DNA of 64,000 nucleotides. Source: Rotaria socialis (taxonomy: Eukaryota). A model generated the notes under the pieces. That model worked only from the letters and a program-made list of their open reading frames with translations. It was not told the DNA's origin and made no database searches. The number at the start of each line of letters is the position of its first letter. Within the stretch, counting starts at the first letter, position 1. The translations under genes were made by a program, and so were the position numbers. The DNA is taken from NCBI GenBank assembly GCA_905331295.1, contig CAJNYD010000012.1, positions 434,001-498,000 on the forward strand. The letters are read 5' to 3'. Shown here piece by piece: positions 52,383 to 64,000 of the stretch.

Positions 52383-52809
52383 CAAATCTATAAGTAGGTT
52401 GATCCATGGAAGTCAAATTTAAAATAGATGTATTGTAGAAAGTGCTGATCAATCGACCGCCTTATATTCAAGGATAAAAAGTATACTAGTATACTGAGAA
52501 TTAAATTGCTTTAGAAGTTTGCAATGCATCCCAGTATTTTCATGAATTTATTTCTTTTGAAAATGAGAAGTTCTCATTTTTTCAAACTATTTTTAAATCT
52601 TATATGATATACTTTTATATTTATTGTGACTTAGTCTAGCAGCATAGAAATCATTGTATTATAATACTGTCACTTTCAGAAAAAAAGTAGAAATATTTGT
52701 TTTTGTTTTAGATTTTTGAAGAATTTTCAAAAATTAAGTTCATAATTGAACGTGATGTTGATCTAGTTATTTTGCATTAACTAAAAATAAATCATAAAAG
52801 AATTTCGAA

Positions 52810-53675
52810 ATGGAAAAACAGAATAAAATTATTCAATATTTAACTGAATTTTTTCGTCGAGATATCAACCGTATTCAAGGTGCAATTCTAATCGGATCGT
52901 TCGGAAGAGGACAAGGTTCGCCAGAATCTGATATTGACATTGAATTGCTAATAGAAGAAGAAAAACTTATCGTCGATGAATTCACTAACGATATTATACA
53001 ATTATTTAACGATACAGAAGATTCGTTAGCCATAAAACATACACTTTGGCTTGGAGATCAACGAAAACTTGCTCTTTATCATGGATCACAACTTCTGCTC
53101 ACTGAGCTTTATCTTTATAGTAAAACAATACTAAAAAAAAGTAAACATTTCTCCATAGAATTTGTGTTTTATTAATTTTAGCTCAATTATCTCAATTCGA
53201 TAAATATTTTCTTGGTTCTCGAATTATTGATTTACAGAAATGTATTTTGGTTGATCGAACATATATAATTCATCAACATCTCAAATATATTCTTGCTTTA
53301 CCATATGATAATCGACATGGTCTAATTCGTGATTTAGTAGCTAGTATTCGTTATCAATTAGAATCGACGTCATCTGCTAGACGACGTTGTGATGCATACA
53401 AATTCTATTTTCTTTCAAATATTGCTCTACATGAGCTTGTCAGACTCACTTACGTATTAGATGGTAAAATGGAATACAATTACAATCCTCCTAAATCTAC
53501 TGTCAATCCAGATTTGTCATCGACAATGAATTTAGATGAAAGTGAAGTACATTTGAAAAATCTTATCAAATTTTTTTTACAACAACTTGATCGGATTGAA
53601 AACGACGAAGAACTGATGGTCAAAACAGCTCGTAATTTCTGTCAAGATCTTATGAAACGAGATTCTATATTGTAG
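52810..53675 (+). CDS. Pol-beta-superfamily nucleotidyltransferase with helical C-terminal domain (bacterial KNTase/ANT/Lin-like layout), 2 exons
   Basis: hhhGSxxRG...SDxD motif: AILIGSFGRGQGSPESDIDIELL; a 62-nt GT-AG intron at 53120-53181 joins a helical C-terminal half (DAYKFYFLSNIALHELVRL...). Confidence 0.82.
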
Positions 53676-54768
53676 AAAATATTCAATACAGTTTGGCATT
53701 TTATCATTTTCATATATTACAATTCAACTACTCAGTTTCATTGTGATGAAAAAGTATTAAAGAATAATAGTTTCGAAAAACAGTATCTTTTAAAAACAAA
53801 ATTCAATAATTAGTCTATCTGTTGTACGAATGGTAAAAATCAAAATCTTATCAAAGACTTCTACGTTGCTATTTTTGTCAATAGTTCTTAGTAGTAATGT
53901 TCATTTAAGTGTAGATTGAATGACTTTTAATGCTGTCTACATCATGATAAAAAATGGCTAACCTGAATGAATTTATATTGTTTGACAGATATGAAACATA
54001 GAGATTGACTTGAATAATGAAAGATATGACACTGTGATATTTAGATACTCACGTAAACGCAATCATAAAACAGCTCTGTCATTGGAAGATGCCACTAAAA
54101 GATACTCGCAGAACAATAGTGAAACGTTTGAAAATTTCTTTAATAATTCAGTTAAGATTTCAAATTTGGCATTACTAGGTTTCTACTTGTACTATTGAAA
54201 ATAATAACAAAAGTTAAGATGTCAATCGTCAATTTACAATTTAGGTGAAGTAAAAGAAATTCAAAAGCGAAACAAAAATTGATGCATAAGTAAAAGAAAA
54301 TAATAGAACAGTAGATAAATGGAAGCGACAGATTCATAATTCCGGTCGTCATACCATTACTGGTTACAAAGAAAAATGACAAGAAAGCTGCATGTGTTTC
54401 TATTCCATTCGATAGTGTTACATAGATAACATTTACATGAAAATTGATGAGAACTTTATTTTCTACTTTCATCACTTTATTTGCATATAGTGTCACTTTT
54501 TTCTTTCATTTATTGTGAACTGTATAATCAATTAAAAATAATATGAGGCCGAATAGGAAAGGAAAATTCTGAAGCGATCCATCCATAAAATTCTTGTTTA
54601 ATTTTATGTACACAGTAGAAGAATTTGTTTTCAATCAATCATATTTTTATTTTATTCTTTTGTATTTTCTCTTACGGATTGAGGAAAACTTCCTGTTGTG
54701 GTATCCATTGTTTAATTCTTGAAGTTTATCTTTGCTTTTCGTAATATCTATAAAGAAAATTATTTCTC

Positions 54769-55776
54769 ATGGGGAACAATGCTATACTCAAAGCTGGAAC
54801 ATCTAAAGAACTGACTTCGCAAGGTCTCGTCTTTATCTTATTTAAATATCAATTTAATTAAAATGATCTGCATTTAGATATTGCTCGATTAAAGAGACAA
54901 TCGAGACTTAGTGAACAAGGTAAGAGAATGTTGTATACACATAATATCAATGAAACTTTTTCGCTTTTCAGAAATTAGAAATTTACACGAAGTAAATGTT
55001 CCAGTCTATTATTAGATATTTCACCGTTTCAAATTGCGTATTTTCTATTTTTTTTTAAAGACTTTTTGGAATGATTTTCCAACAGGTAGATTGGACAAAA
55101 AAGGATTCATGAAATACTACGAAGATGTAAAAGATGACAAAGATAGAACAAGTATCTTATGCGAGTATGTACACATAACTATTAACAATATATTTCGAAT
55201 TGTCATTTTCTTGCGATAAAAAAGTCATGTATTCGCTGTCTTTGATAAAAATCATGATGGTACAATTGATTTCAGTGAGTTCTTATTGGCTGTTTCAGTG
55301 GGTACCCCACATGATCTAGATAGTCATCTTGATTACGTTTTTGAAATGTGAGAACTTTTCATATAATCGTTGTTCAAGTTTTTCATTTATTTTATAACTA
55401 TTTAGGTGTGATGTTTCAGGTGATGGCAAAGTGGATATCAATGAACTGGCTACTTTTCTGTCAGCTTCAGTAGGACTTTTGATATCGTTGAATTCAGAAT
55501 TAAATTTTTTCTTATATTAAAATATGCATGAATTCTATTTTATCTTTAGTTAATCATCGTAGGGAAAACTGATGAAAACGATAATCTTGGCCCAAGAAAG
55601 TTAGCAGCTGATATATTCAATACACTAGGCATAAGTGAAGATAAGAAATTGGTCAAAGTAGACTTTATCAAAGGGTATACTTTAAAGCGTTGGTTCTCGT
55701 TATTAATGCGGATAATTGAAATTCTAGATGTAAACGTGCTCCACATCTTCGTGAGCTTTTTGGTGGTGGCAAATGA
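54769..55776 (+). CDS. Neuronal calcium sensor (recoverin/hippocalcin/NCS family) EF-hand protein, 8 exons
   Basis: N-terminal MG myristoylation motif; FWNDFPTGRLDKKGF; VFAVFDKNHDGTIDFSEF; CDVSGDGKVDINEL; TGA at 55774-55776. Confidence 0.9.
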
Positions 55777-57166
55777 ATTCTAACTACAAATCATCATATG
55801 CATATACATCAATCTTACAGAATCGAGTTTGGTTCATTCCATTTTTTTCAATGATATATAAATCCTCTAATCTCTATTGTGTGTGAAAACATTCTATATT
55901 TCATAATTTTCAATAAAAATAAAAATTTTCCTTTTTATTGTACTCTGATGAATAATGAGAAAAAAATTAAGTTGAAATAGTTTAAGCAAATGTAATCACC
56001 AGAATTAATGTTATTAAGATTGTTCAATACATTATAAATGTCAAATTAGAGAAATTTGTTAAACCAACGGAACTAACCTATTTCTTGATAGCAATACATT
56101 GATACAAAAAAATAGTGATACGATATTTATAAATGTACAAAATGATTCAAGTGTCTAACAACTTAATAATGTATCAGATGCAGCATGTATAGACGAAAGA
56201 AACTTCATGATGAAAGTTCATGAGTAGGATGATGATTACGCCATAAATGTGTAGATGCACAAGCATAGTCTTGGGCATCTTGTATTTACTCAAGAAGCAT
56301 TTTAAATAGTTTTTTTTAAACTCAAATAAAAATTGTTTTACCAGATAAATACTAATCACTCCCTATGTCAGAATTTAAATTCAGTTATAATAACTATTTG
56401 CCTTTCGTCTGCAATATAGTCTCTTTTTTTTCTAACAATATATATATATTCAAAACTACGAAGACCTCAACTCAAGCCTCAACTGCATGTTCTACGTTAG
56501 TTTTATTTAAGCAATCAGAATGATTGAAATCATGTATTTGATTCTTATTTCGTGAATCTACTAGATTGTTTTTTGATAGTACAACAAGTATCACATCTAC
56601 TAATACTCATGTAATAGTCATATTATTTTTTAATTTTTAACTAAGAAATATTTTCGAAATCGTTGTGCCTGTTAATTTAAGAAATCTGGTCAATTCTGTT
56701 TGTAGACACTGTACGAGGTTTCGATATTTTTCGAAAAAATCGTTCTACATCAAAACTGTTATCATTCATACAATAGTAGATTCGTGAAAGAAAAAGAAAT
56801 TTACCTGAAAAGCTCAAGATAGATGGCTTGTACACGTGGCAATTATTTATTTGTTCCTGATTTGCTATTTTCTATTTCTAAGGCTTGCAAAGAATTTGTC
56901 ATAACTTAAGTAAAGAGTTTATTGAGTTTCTGAAAATTATTAATGGTGTTAGCATTTTAGAAGACTGACTGTTTGATATCTTTTATTTTCATTATCATCT
57001 TTTTTTCTCTTGTTGGTAGAGTAATAAAAGCAATGTCATCTTTGTGGAGGTACCTTCTGATTGGTTGATGTGCTTCAAGCATTATGGTAGCGTTTGTATA
57101 TTCTACATCGAATTTGTTGATGCATGACAGTAGGATGCTTCTTTAACTGCGCCATTCATTTTTAGC

Positions 57167-58498
57167 ATGTCAACTCATGAAGGCGTCAGCTGTGATGCTT
57201 GTGGTAAAAGCAACTTTCGTTGTAAGCGTTTCAAATGTCTAATTTGCTATGATTATGACTTGTGCTCCACATGTCGTGAACAAGATGAAATATCCAGTAA
57301 TCACACAAAAGAACATCCTATGCAATGTAAATGATGGTTTCTATTGTTAGATATTGTATAATGAATTCATTATTGTTCGATTTAAGGTATTTTAACGCGA
57401 CCAGATTTTGATTTATATTATTACGGCGAAAAATGTACATCTGATCAACCTCAATCGCTAACTTGCCCATTGTGTGGCGATATGGGCTTAGGAGTTTCAT
57501 TTTTGAATGAGGTTTTATCACCGAATAATAATTCAGAACATACTGATTTTTTTCAACATCTTCAAATAAAACACGGCAATGATCAACAATTATATGAAGT
57601 TATTTGTCCAATATGTGCTGCTATGGCGAATAGTGAATCAAATTTGGTAACTGCAGATCTTATTTCACATGTGACTAATGATCATCAAGATTTACAAGTT
57701 AACACACCATCATCAACTGGTAGAGAAACAAATACTTACTTAAGACAATCATTATCAACTAGAGATTATGATTTTGGCATTGGTGCTGGGCTTCGTAGTG
57801 GATTTCGACGTGGATCACTAAGAACAACTAATCGAAGAGAAACTCAAGCAAGAGGAAGTGGACCTGTAAGTCAACATTTTGTAATTGACACCTCATCAGG
57901 ATTACCTACAGTTGTTAGTGGAAATGACCCAATCACTAATTTACTGACACAATTATCAAATATAAGACGATTAGCAGCAGTGAATAATAATAGCCCATTG
58001 ACACCGTCATCAAATACAATTAATCTTCAAACACTTACACGTCTACAATATGAACGTGAACGTCTTCGTGCAGTAGGGCGTTCTCATCATCATGTTCTCC
58101 CTCCTCCTCCTCCCTCTTCACGTCATTCTCAGCAATCATTATCTACATCTAATAATGCATCATCTATGGAAAGTGATATTTTCGATTCGCTTTTCTCTTC
58201 ATCTCTTTTTACTGATCCATCCAATTCGACTACTAATAGTCATCACACTTGGACAAGTATCCTTGCTCAACAGTCATCCACACCTGAACAACAATCTCAA
58301 ACCTCATCTAAAACAAAGACGCCTATAAAAATAAGTACCGAATCTGATCCTTCATTATTACGACGAATTTGTGATGAATCTATATGTTCCTCTTCTATTC
58401 TACCAAGTTCAACAGTCATACATTCATCAAAGCAAAAGAATGATTTCGTTCAGAGTGTACTTCTTTCTAGTTTTTCTTATTCAATTAATGATAAATGA
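57167..58498 (+). CDS. KCMF1: E3 ubiquitin ligase KCMF1-like (ZZ + Di19 zinc finger), 2 coding exons
   Basis: MSTHEGVSCDACGKSNFRCKRFKCLICYDYDLC...HPMQC / ILTRPDFDLYY...TCPLCG...VICPICAA...DPITNLLTQLSNIRR...FVQSVLLS. Confidence 0.92.
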
Positions 58499-58758
58499 CT
58501 TTTTAGTAAGATAGTTATTTATGTATACCAATAATTTTCTTTTGTCTATTGAACATTCATAGTCATAATTTATTTCGTTTAACTTCAGATGTAACATTCC
58601 TTTTTTTCGATTCTCTATTCGATTTCTTTTCCTCCGTATTTTGACCTAATCAAAAGTGTGCGTAAGTCAACAAACATGAAAAAAATATATAAAAATAATG
58701 TCACTGCTCAATTATTTTAAGTGTTTTTTCTACTGTACAAAAGAAAACAATCGGTATA

Positions 58759-61700
58759 ATGAATAGTATTTTTTTTGAAACAATCATTCGCGTTGATATC
58801 TTGATTGTCTTCGCAACTATTATCAATTGTGGTTTTTCGGTCAGTGTTCCAAAAAAAGGTGATGTATTCACTGTTAATATTACTATGAACAATTTTCAAA
58901 CAACACAAGTAAATATATAATTACCAAAAAGAAGATAGCTATACTTTTATTTGTTATTCTCTAGGAAGATGAATATGCATATGTTCAATATAAATTACCC
59001 GACGAAGAATTGTTCATAGGTAAATTGATAATTTCAATTTCACAAAACCTACTGCTGATTTTCATTTTAGTTGGATATTTACCGTTGATCAATATGAATT
59101 CAGCTCATCATATGTTAACATACGCATGTGCAGAACCAGGTTCTGGTGACAAGTTCTGGTTAGTATCTGTTTCTTTTTCTGATATCGTGTTAAAATCCGT
59201 TTATATTTACTATATAGGAAAGGAGGTCCGACATGTATTGGTCAGCAAATGATTATTCATGGATGGGCTCGTAATGCACCTCCATTAACGCTACCTGAAA
59301 GTATTTGAACTTTAATAGATCTATGGAAAACTAAAAAGAACTATATTTTATACTTAGACGTAGGATTTCATGTTGGACGTAATACTCCCTACAAGTACGT
59401 CGTCATTAATATTCATTATTTATCAATTTTGAAAAATGATTATTCTGGAAATCAATTAATTATGACTCGAAAACCGTATATATTAGTTTCAATAAATAAA
59501 ATTCTTTTTTTTTGTCATGAAATGACCTTTTATTTTAGACTTATATATCATGCAGGTGTTATGCTAGGTGGTTCAGACCTGATCTATTTGCAACCAAAAA
59601 CAAATTGTAAGTGTACTGATGTATACTAGTTGCCATTCACTGAATGAAATATAAGTTTATCCGAGATTATAAAACGCGCTTTTCATTCACATTTAGCTAC
59701 TCGTACTCCTTTCTCGTGTCAATACAACGGACCGCCGATTTCTATTTTTGCTGTTCGTGTTCATGCTCATCAATGGGGTTTGTAATTTTTTTTCTTGCAT
59801 TTATTTGTAATTCATTTGATTTCTATATTCTAGGACGAGTTAATTCTTTGTATAGAGTACGTAATGGAGAGATTTCACAAATAGTTAAAGGTGATCCACA
59901 ATGGCCCCAATCATTCTATCCACTTGCATCACCTGTCGATATTCAGAATAATGACTATGTTATTGGTCAATGTGTTTATGATAATACTGAGAATCGCGTT
60001 GTTACTGTCGGGTAAGATATTTCTTTTTCTTTATAATATAGAGAGTGACCAAAAAATTATCAGTAATGAAGAAATTCATACAATTTCAATACACTTATAA
60101 AGCATATTCTAATATTTTCATTAATCTATTTGAAGGAATCGAAGTCCAATCAATTTCTCTGAAAGATTACTCTTACTAATATTGTAGAGAAGGTAGGATG
60201 ACATACTGAACGACATATAATTTGAAACTTTTCTATGGCAACAATGACACAGATCATTTCTCTAGTGTTTGCTCAAATTTTCGGCTTTATTGAACGTTGT
60301 TTGACTGATTTTAAAAGGATCGAACTGATTATTGATTTATCTCATAGCTTATTATTTGTAATTCCTCTAAAATTCCAATATCTATGAGAAAAATTAGCTA
60401 CTTTCCGATTTACTATAACTCATGGGTAATACAAACTGATGATTTTGTTATGTTTTCACAAGAACATACGGTTGAAAATAGAACTAACATTTATAGTTTG
60501 ACTGAAAAGCTAAAATCATATTGTGTCTATTAGAATGATGAAGAACCGAAGAAACATTCGAAAAAAATGGTGTATATCTTTGTTGATATACAATAAAATA
60601 GTTCTTTTTTATTGTAGTCAAAAAGTGCAATGTTTCAAACACTTTCAATAAAATTTTCTGAAAGGATAGCTAATAATTGACATGGCTACTATTTTGATTA
60701 GAAGAGAGAAAAATAATTTTGGGGTAAGTTTGAAAGGTCTACTGGAGTTGAATGCATCTGTTAAGTGATAATTCTTTTTGAATACATTAAATTTATAGTA
60801 TAATATTGATTGAATTCACTAGATCAACGCATAGAGATGAAATGTGCAATGTATATTCAATGTATTCATACGACTCGACAATACAATCCAGTAATGGGAA
60901 AACAATGAACTCGCCTCCAATTCAAATGTGCTGGGATAATGCTTTCAGCACGGTTGCTCGGTAAAATATATAAAACTAATTCAACTACGTAGAGAAATTA
61001 CATACAACGAGACTTAACATTGAAATTTTGCAACCTTTTCTATGCTAAAAATAATGCATATTATTATTCTATTTCAAATAGTACAAGTACTGTTATTTGA
61101 ATCTTTAAAATGCAAGACGTCTGTTTTTTCTTGAATTGAGTACATGAATTTCGAATTGGTAGGAGGAGTAGCAGTGTATTTTCAAGACATTTCATTCTGA
61201 ACTTTTATTTATTTCGTTATTGATTGAATACTTCGTCTTAGGATAGTATGAAATGACTGCAGTACTGTTAAAAAATGATAAATAATTGAATAAAATACCA
61301 TAGAATTCATATCAGTTCTAGTAGATACTTATTGGTCTGCATTTATAATTAACAAAATTTGTTGCGTTAGGGATTTTTAAAACTTTGACATTAGAAATAC
61401 GAGACATTGCTACTACACTTGTTTGTAATTAAACTTTGTTACAAGACAAAAGCAATTTCCTCATTCATACATAGATCTCAGAATCATATTCACATTTGAA
61501 TAATTGTGATAATAGATCAGAATTAAAAAAATAAACATTATTTTTTTTGCTTAGTCTTATTCCTGCAGACAGTGAAATTCCTCCACTTAAGCCACCTGAA
61601 ATTAGTGGAGCACCTAGTGGTCCTCATGCTCATTCTGAACATGGAGTGAATACATTTACAGGTAATTTGATTATTGCAAGGTGTTTTGTTTTTCTTAATA

Positions 61701-64000
61701 ACTAGATGTATATATGAATACAATCAGCAAATGGTGATTCATCCTATGAAGATTATATAGATAAAGTCGAAAATATGCGTCACCGTAACAATGAAGCTGA
61801 TCATTTTGATATAAATAAAATTTTATCACAGATTGGTTTACCCGACTATGAATATGTTGATGCACAAAACTATGATTATTTGTTACCAAATCATTTAACA
61901 TATGGAAAAGGACAAACAGTCAAACTACATAATGCAAAACTAATGAGCTGTGAGAATCGATATTGTATCTCGTCTGTTCTATCTTTTGTCATCGTTTTGC
62001 ATAATAGAATTTTATTAATAACTTTGAAAAATACCTAGAAAGCCAAAATAATTCATTTACGTTTAGCTGACTTATATACAAACGTAGAAACTTGGCCCGA
62101 TGTTAAATCGTTACCTGCTCAACTTGGTGAAGTAGGTGGCATTGCATTAAATAATGCAAATAATGAGCTCGTCGTATTTCATCGTGGATCTCGCAATTGG
62201 GAATTTAAGTAAGACTACAATGCTTTTTTCAAAGGATCAGCTTCTTTATTTTTATCGTTTTTCTTTCTATAATAGATATTTTGATGCATACCGCTTTCGT
62301 AATGAAGTCTATGGCCCGATTGAAGACGCTGTTCTCGTTCATGTTGACACTCGTACAGGACAAACTAAATATCGATGGGGTGCTAAAATGTTTTACATGC
62401 CACACGGATTAACAATAGATCACGAAGGCAATTTTTGGTTAACGGATGTTGCTATGCATCAAGTTTTGATGTTTCAACCAAATAATTTAACTCATCCAGC
62501 ATTGACTGTTGGAGAAAAATTCCGATCTGGTGCAGGACCAAGTCGACTTTGTCGACCAGCTGATACTGCTGTAATGAAAAATGGAGATTTTTTTGTTGCC
62601 GACGGGTAAACTACAATGGAGTAAAGGAATTTAGAAAAGGTTCAGCTCCTATTTTGCTCTAGCTATTGCAATAGTCGAATTATTAAATTTAATCGTAAAG
62701 GAGAATATCTAATGGAATGGGGTTCATCCATGACAACAAAGGTTGACAGTAAGTTTGTTTTGAATTTCATGATTCAATAGTCATTTTTGTTTAGATAATG
62801 AATAATATCTTTGACTTTTTAACTATTAGGATTAGGTTTTTTTTAACTAGAAACAGAATTAAAATATCATTTCATTGGTTATTTTCTAAGCATGAGAGAA
62901 GAAATTCTCGTAGACTAAATCATTATTTTGGAATCTGATCGTCGTACTTATAATTTGGGTCAATTTTTAATTTGAAATTTCATGAATGATAATAAAAAAC
63001 TTGATATTATTATGCTGAAAACTATTTTGATCGAGAAAAGTAAAATTTAACCATACCATTCATATAATTGAATTATATTCTTGATAAACATACAAATAAA
63101 ATTGGCTTCATTTTTAGTTCAATTTCTCTTTATAGGTGATGGTTTTCCACTACCAAATGAATGGAATATTGTTCATTCCATAGCATTGAATGAAGATGCA
63201 CAATTGTTATGTGGTGCTGATCGAGAAAATTTTCGTATTCAGTGTTTTAATTCAACGACAGGAGAATTTCTACGACAAATACGTGTTGAGAAAAAAGGTC
63301 AGATTGGTGCAATTTATGCGATTGAATTTGTACCAAACGCTAATGGTTCGACATCAAAAATGAGATAATAGATTTAAATGAAACCTTTTACATGATTTTA
63401 TTTTTAAGGAACAATTTTATTTGCTGTGACGGGTGGAGTACAAACATCAAATAAAAAAGTTTACATGGTTGATGCATCAACCGGAGATATTTTAACATCG
63501 TTTGATTCGAACCCAGTAAGTTTATTGTTATAATCATATCATGAAATCTAAATGATTGATTTTCTCTTTACAAGCATTTGATAAGTCCACATGATATTAC
63601 TGTATCAGCAAATGCTCGTGAAATATATGTTGGTGAATTAGCATCATCACCTGCTAATGCCTTACATAAATTCGAATTATCTAAACATACAGGTAAAAAT
63701 TATTTATTACTTTTAATATTCGATTTATTTTTCCATTAATTAGATCTTCCAACAGAAATATTCAGTAGACGATTCAATATCAATCATAAAAATTTTCGTA
63801 CTTCCGTAATCATAATGGCTGCGTTTGCTATTCCAGTACTAGCTTCTGTGATTATTGGATGCATTATTCGAATAAGAAATTTGCGTATGAATCTATTCTT
63901 TTTTTCTTCTCAGAAAGATATTTTACGAACAATTTTGTTTTTCATAGGTAAAATTAATCGTTTGAATGCATTCCTCGATGATGTGAAAAGCCGTGATACA
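58759..64000 (+). CDS. PAM: Bifunctional peptidyl-glycine alpha-amidating monooxygenase (PHM + PAL + TM), 3' partial
   Basis: Signal peptide; PHM copper ligands AHHML, INIHY, RVHAH, DEMCN; GWARNAPP; PQWPQSFYP; PAL NHL repeats (VFHRG, FYMPHGLTID, TDVAMHQV, FVADGYCNSRI, ADRENFRIQCF); TM helix VIIMAAFAIPVLASVIIGCII near 63805-63870. Confidence 0.93.

Overview
This is AT-rich, gene-dense eukaryotic DNA with many ~50-65 bp GT-AG introns. That architecture, plus several bacterial/fungal-type genes carrying spliceosomal introns, suggests a bdelloid rotifer (inference). Recognisable metazoan genes are a LITAF-domain gene, ARL6IP1, an intronless TBCB-like gene, a convergent pair of Sox HMG-box genes, a FAF1-like UAS-domain gene, SETD2, an RBFOX-like RRM gene, a neuronal calcium sensor, KCMF1 and a bifunctional PAM that runs off the right edge. 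Accessory content includes: an adjacent same-strand pair of bacterial-looking enzymes (GT8 glycosyltransferase and Pol-beta-family nucleotidyltransferase); a decaying microbial-type aldo-keto reductase; two tandem paralogues of an unassignable family only 66 bp apart; a near-identical inverted duplication beside an assembly gap; and DNA-transposon remnants (MULE-like relic, a TA-flanked composite element, a foldback hAT MITE with an 8-bp TSD). Exon boundaries were read by eye and no database searches were run.
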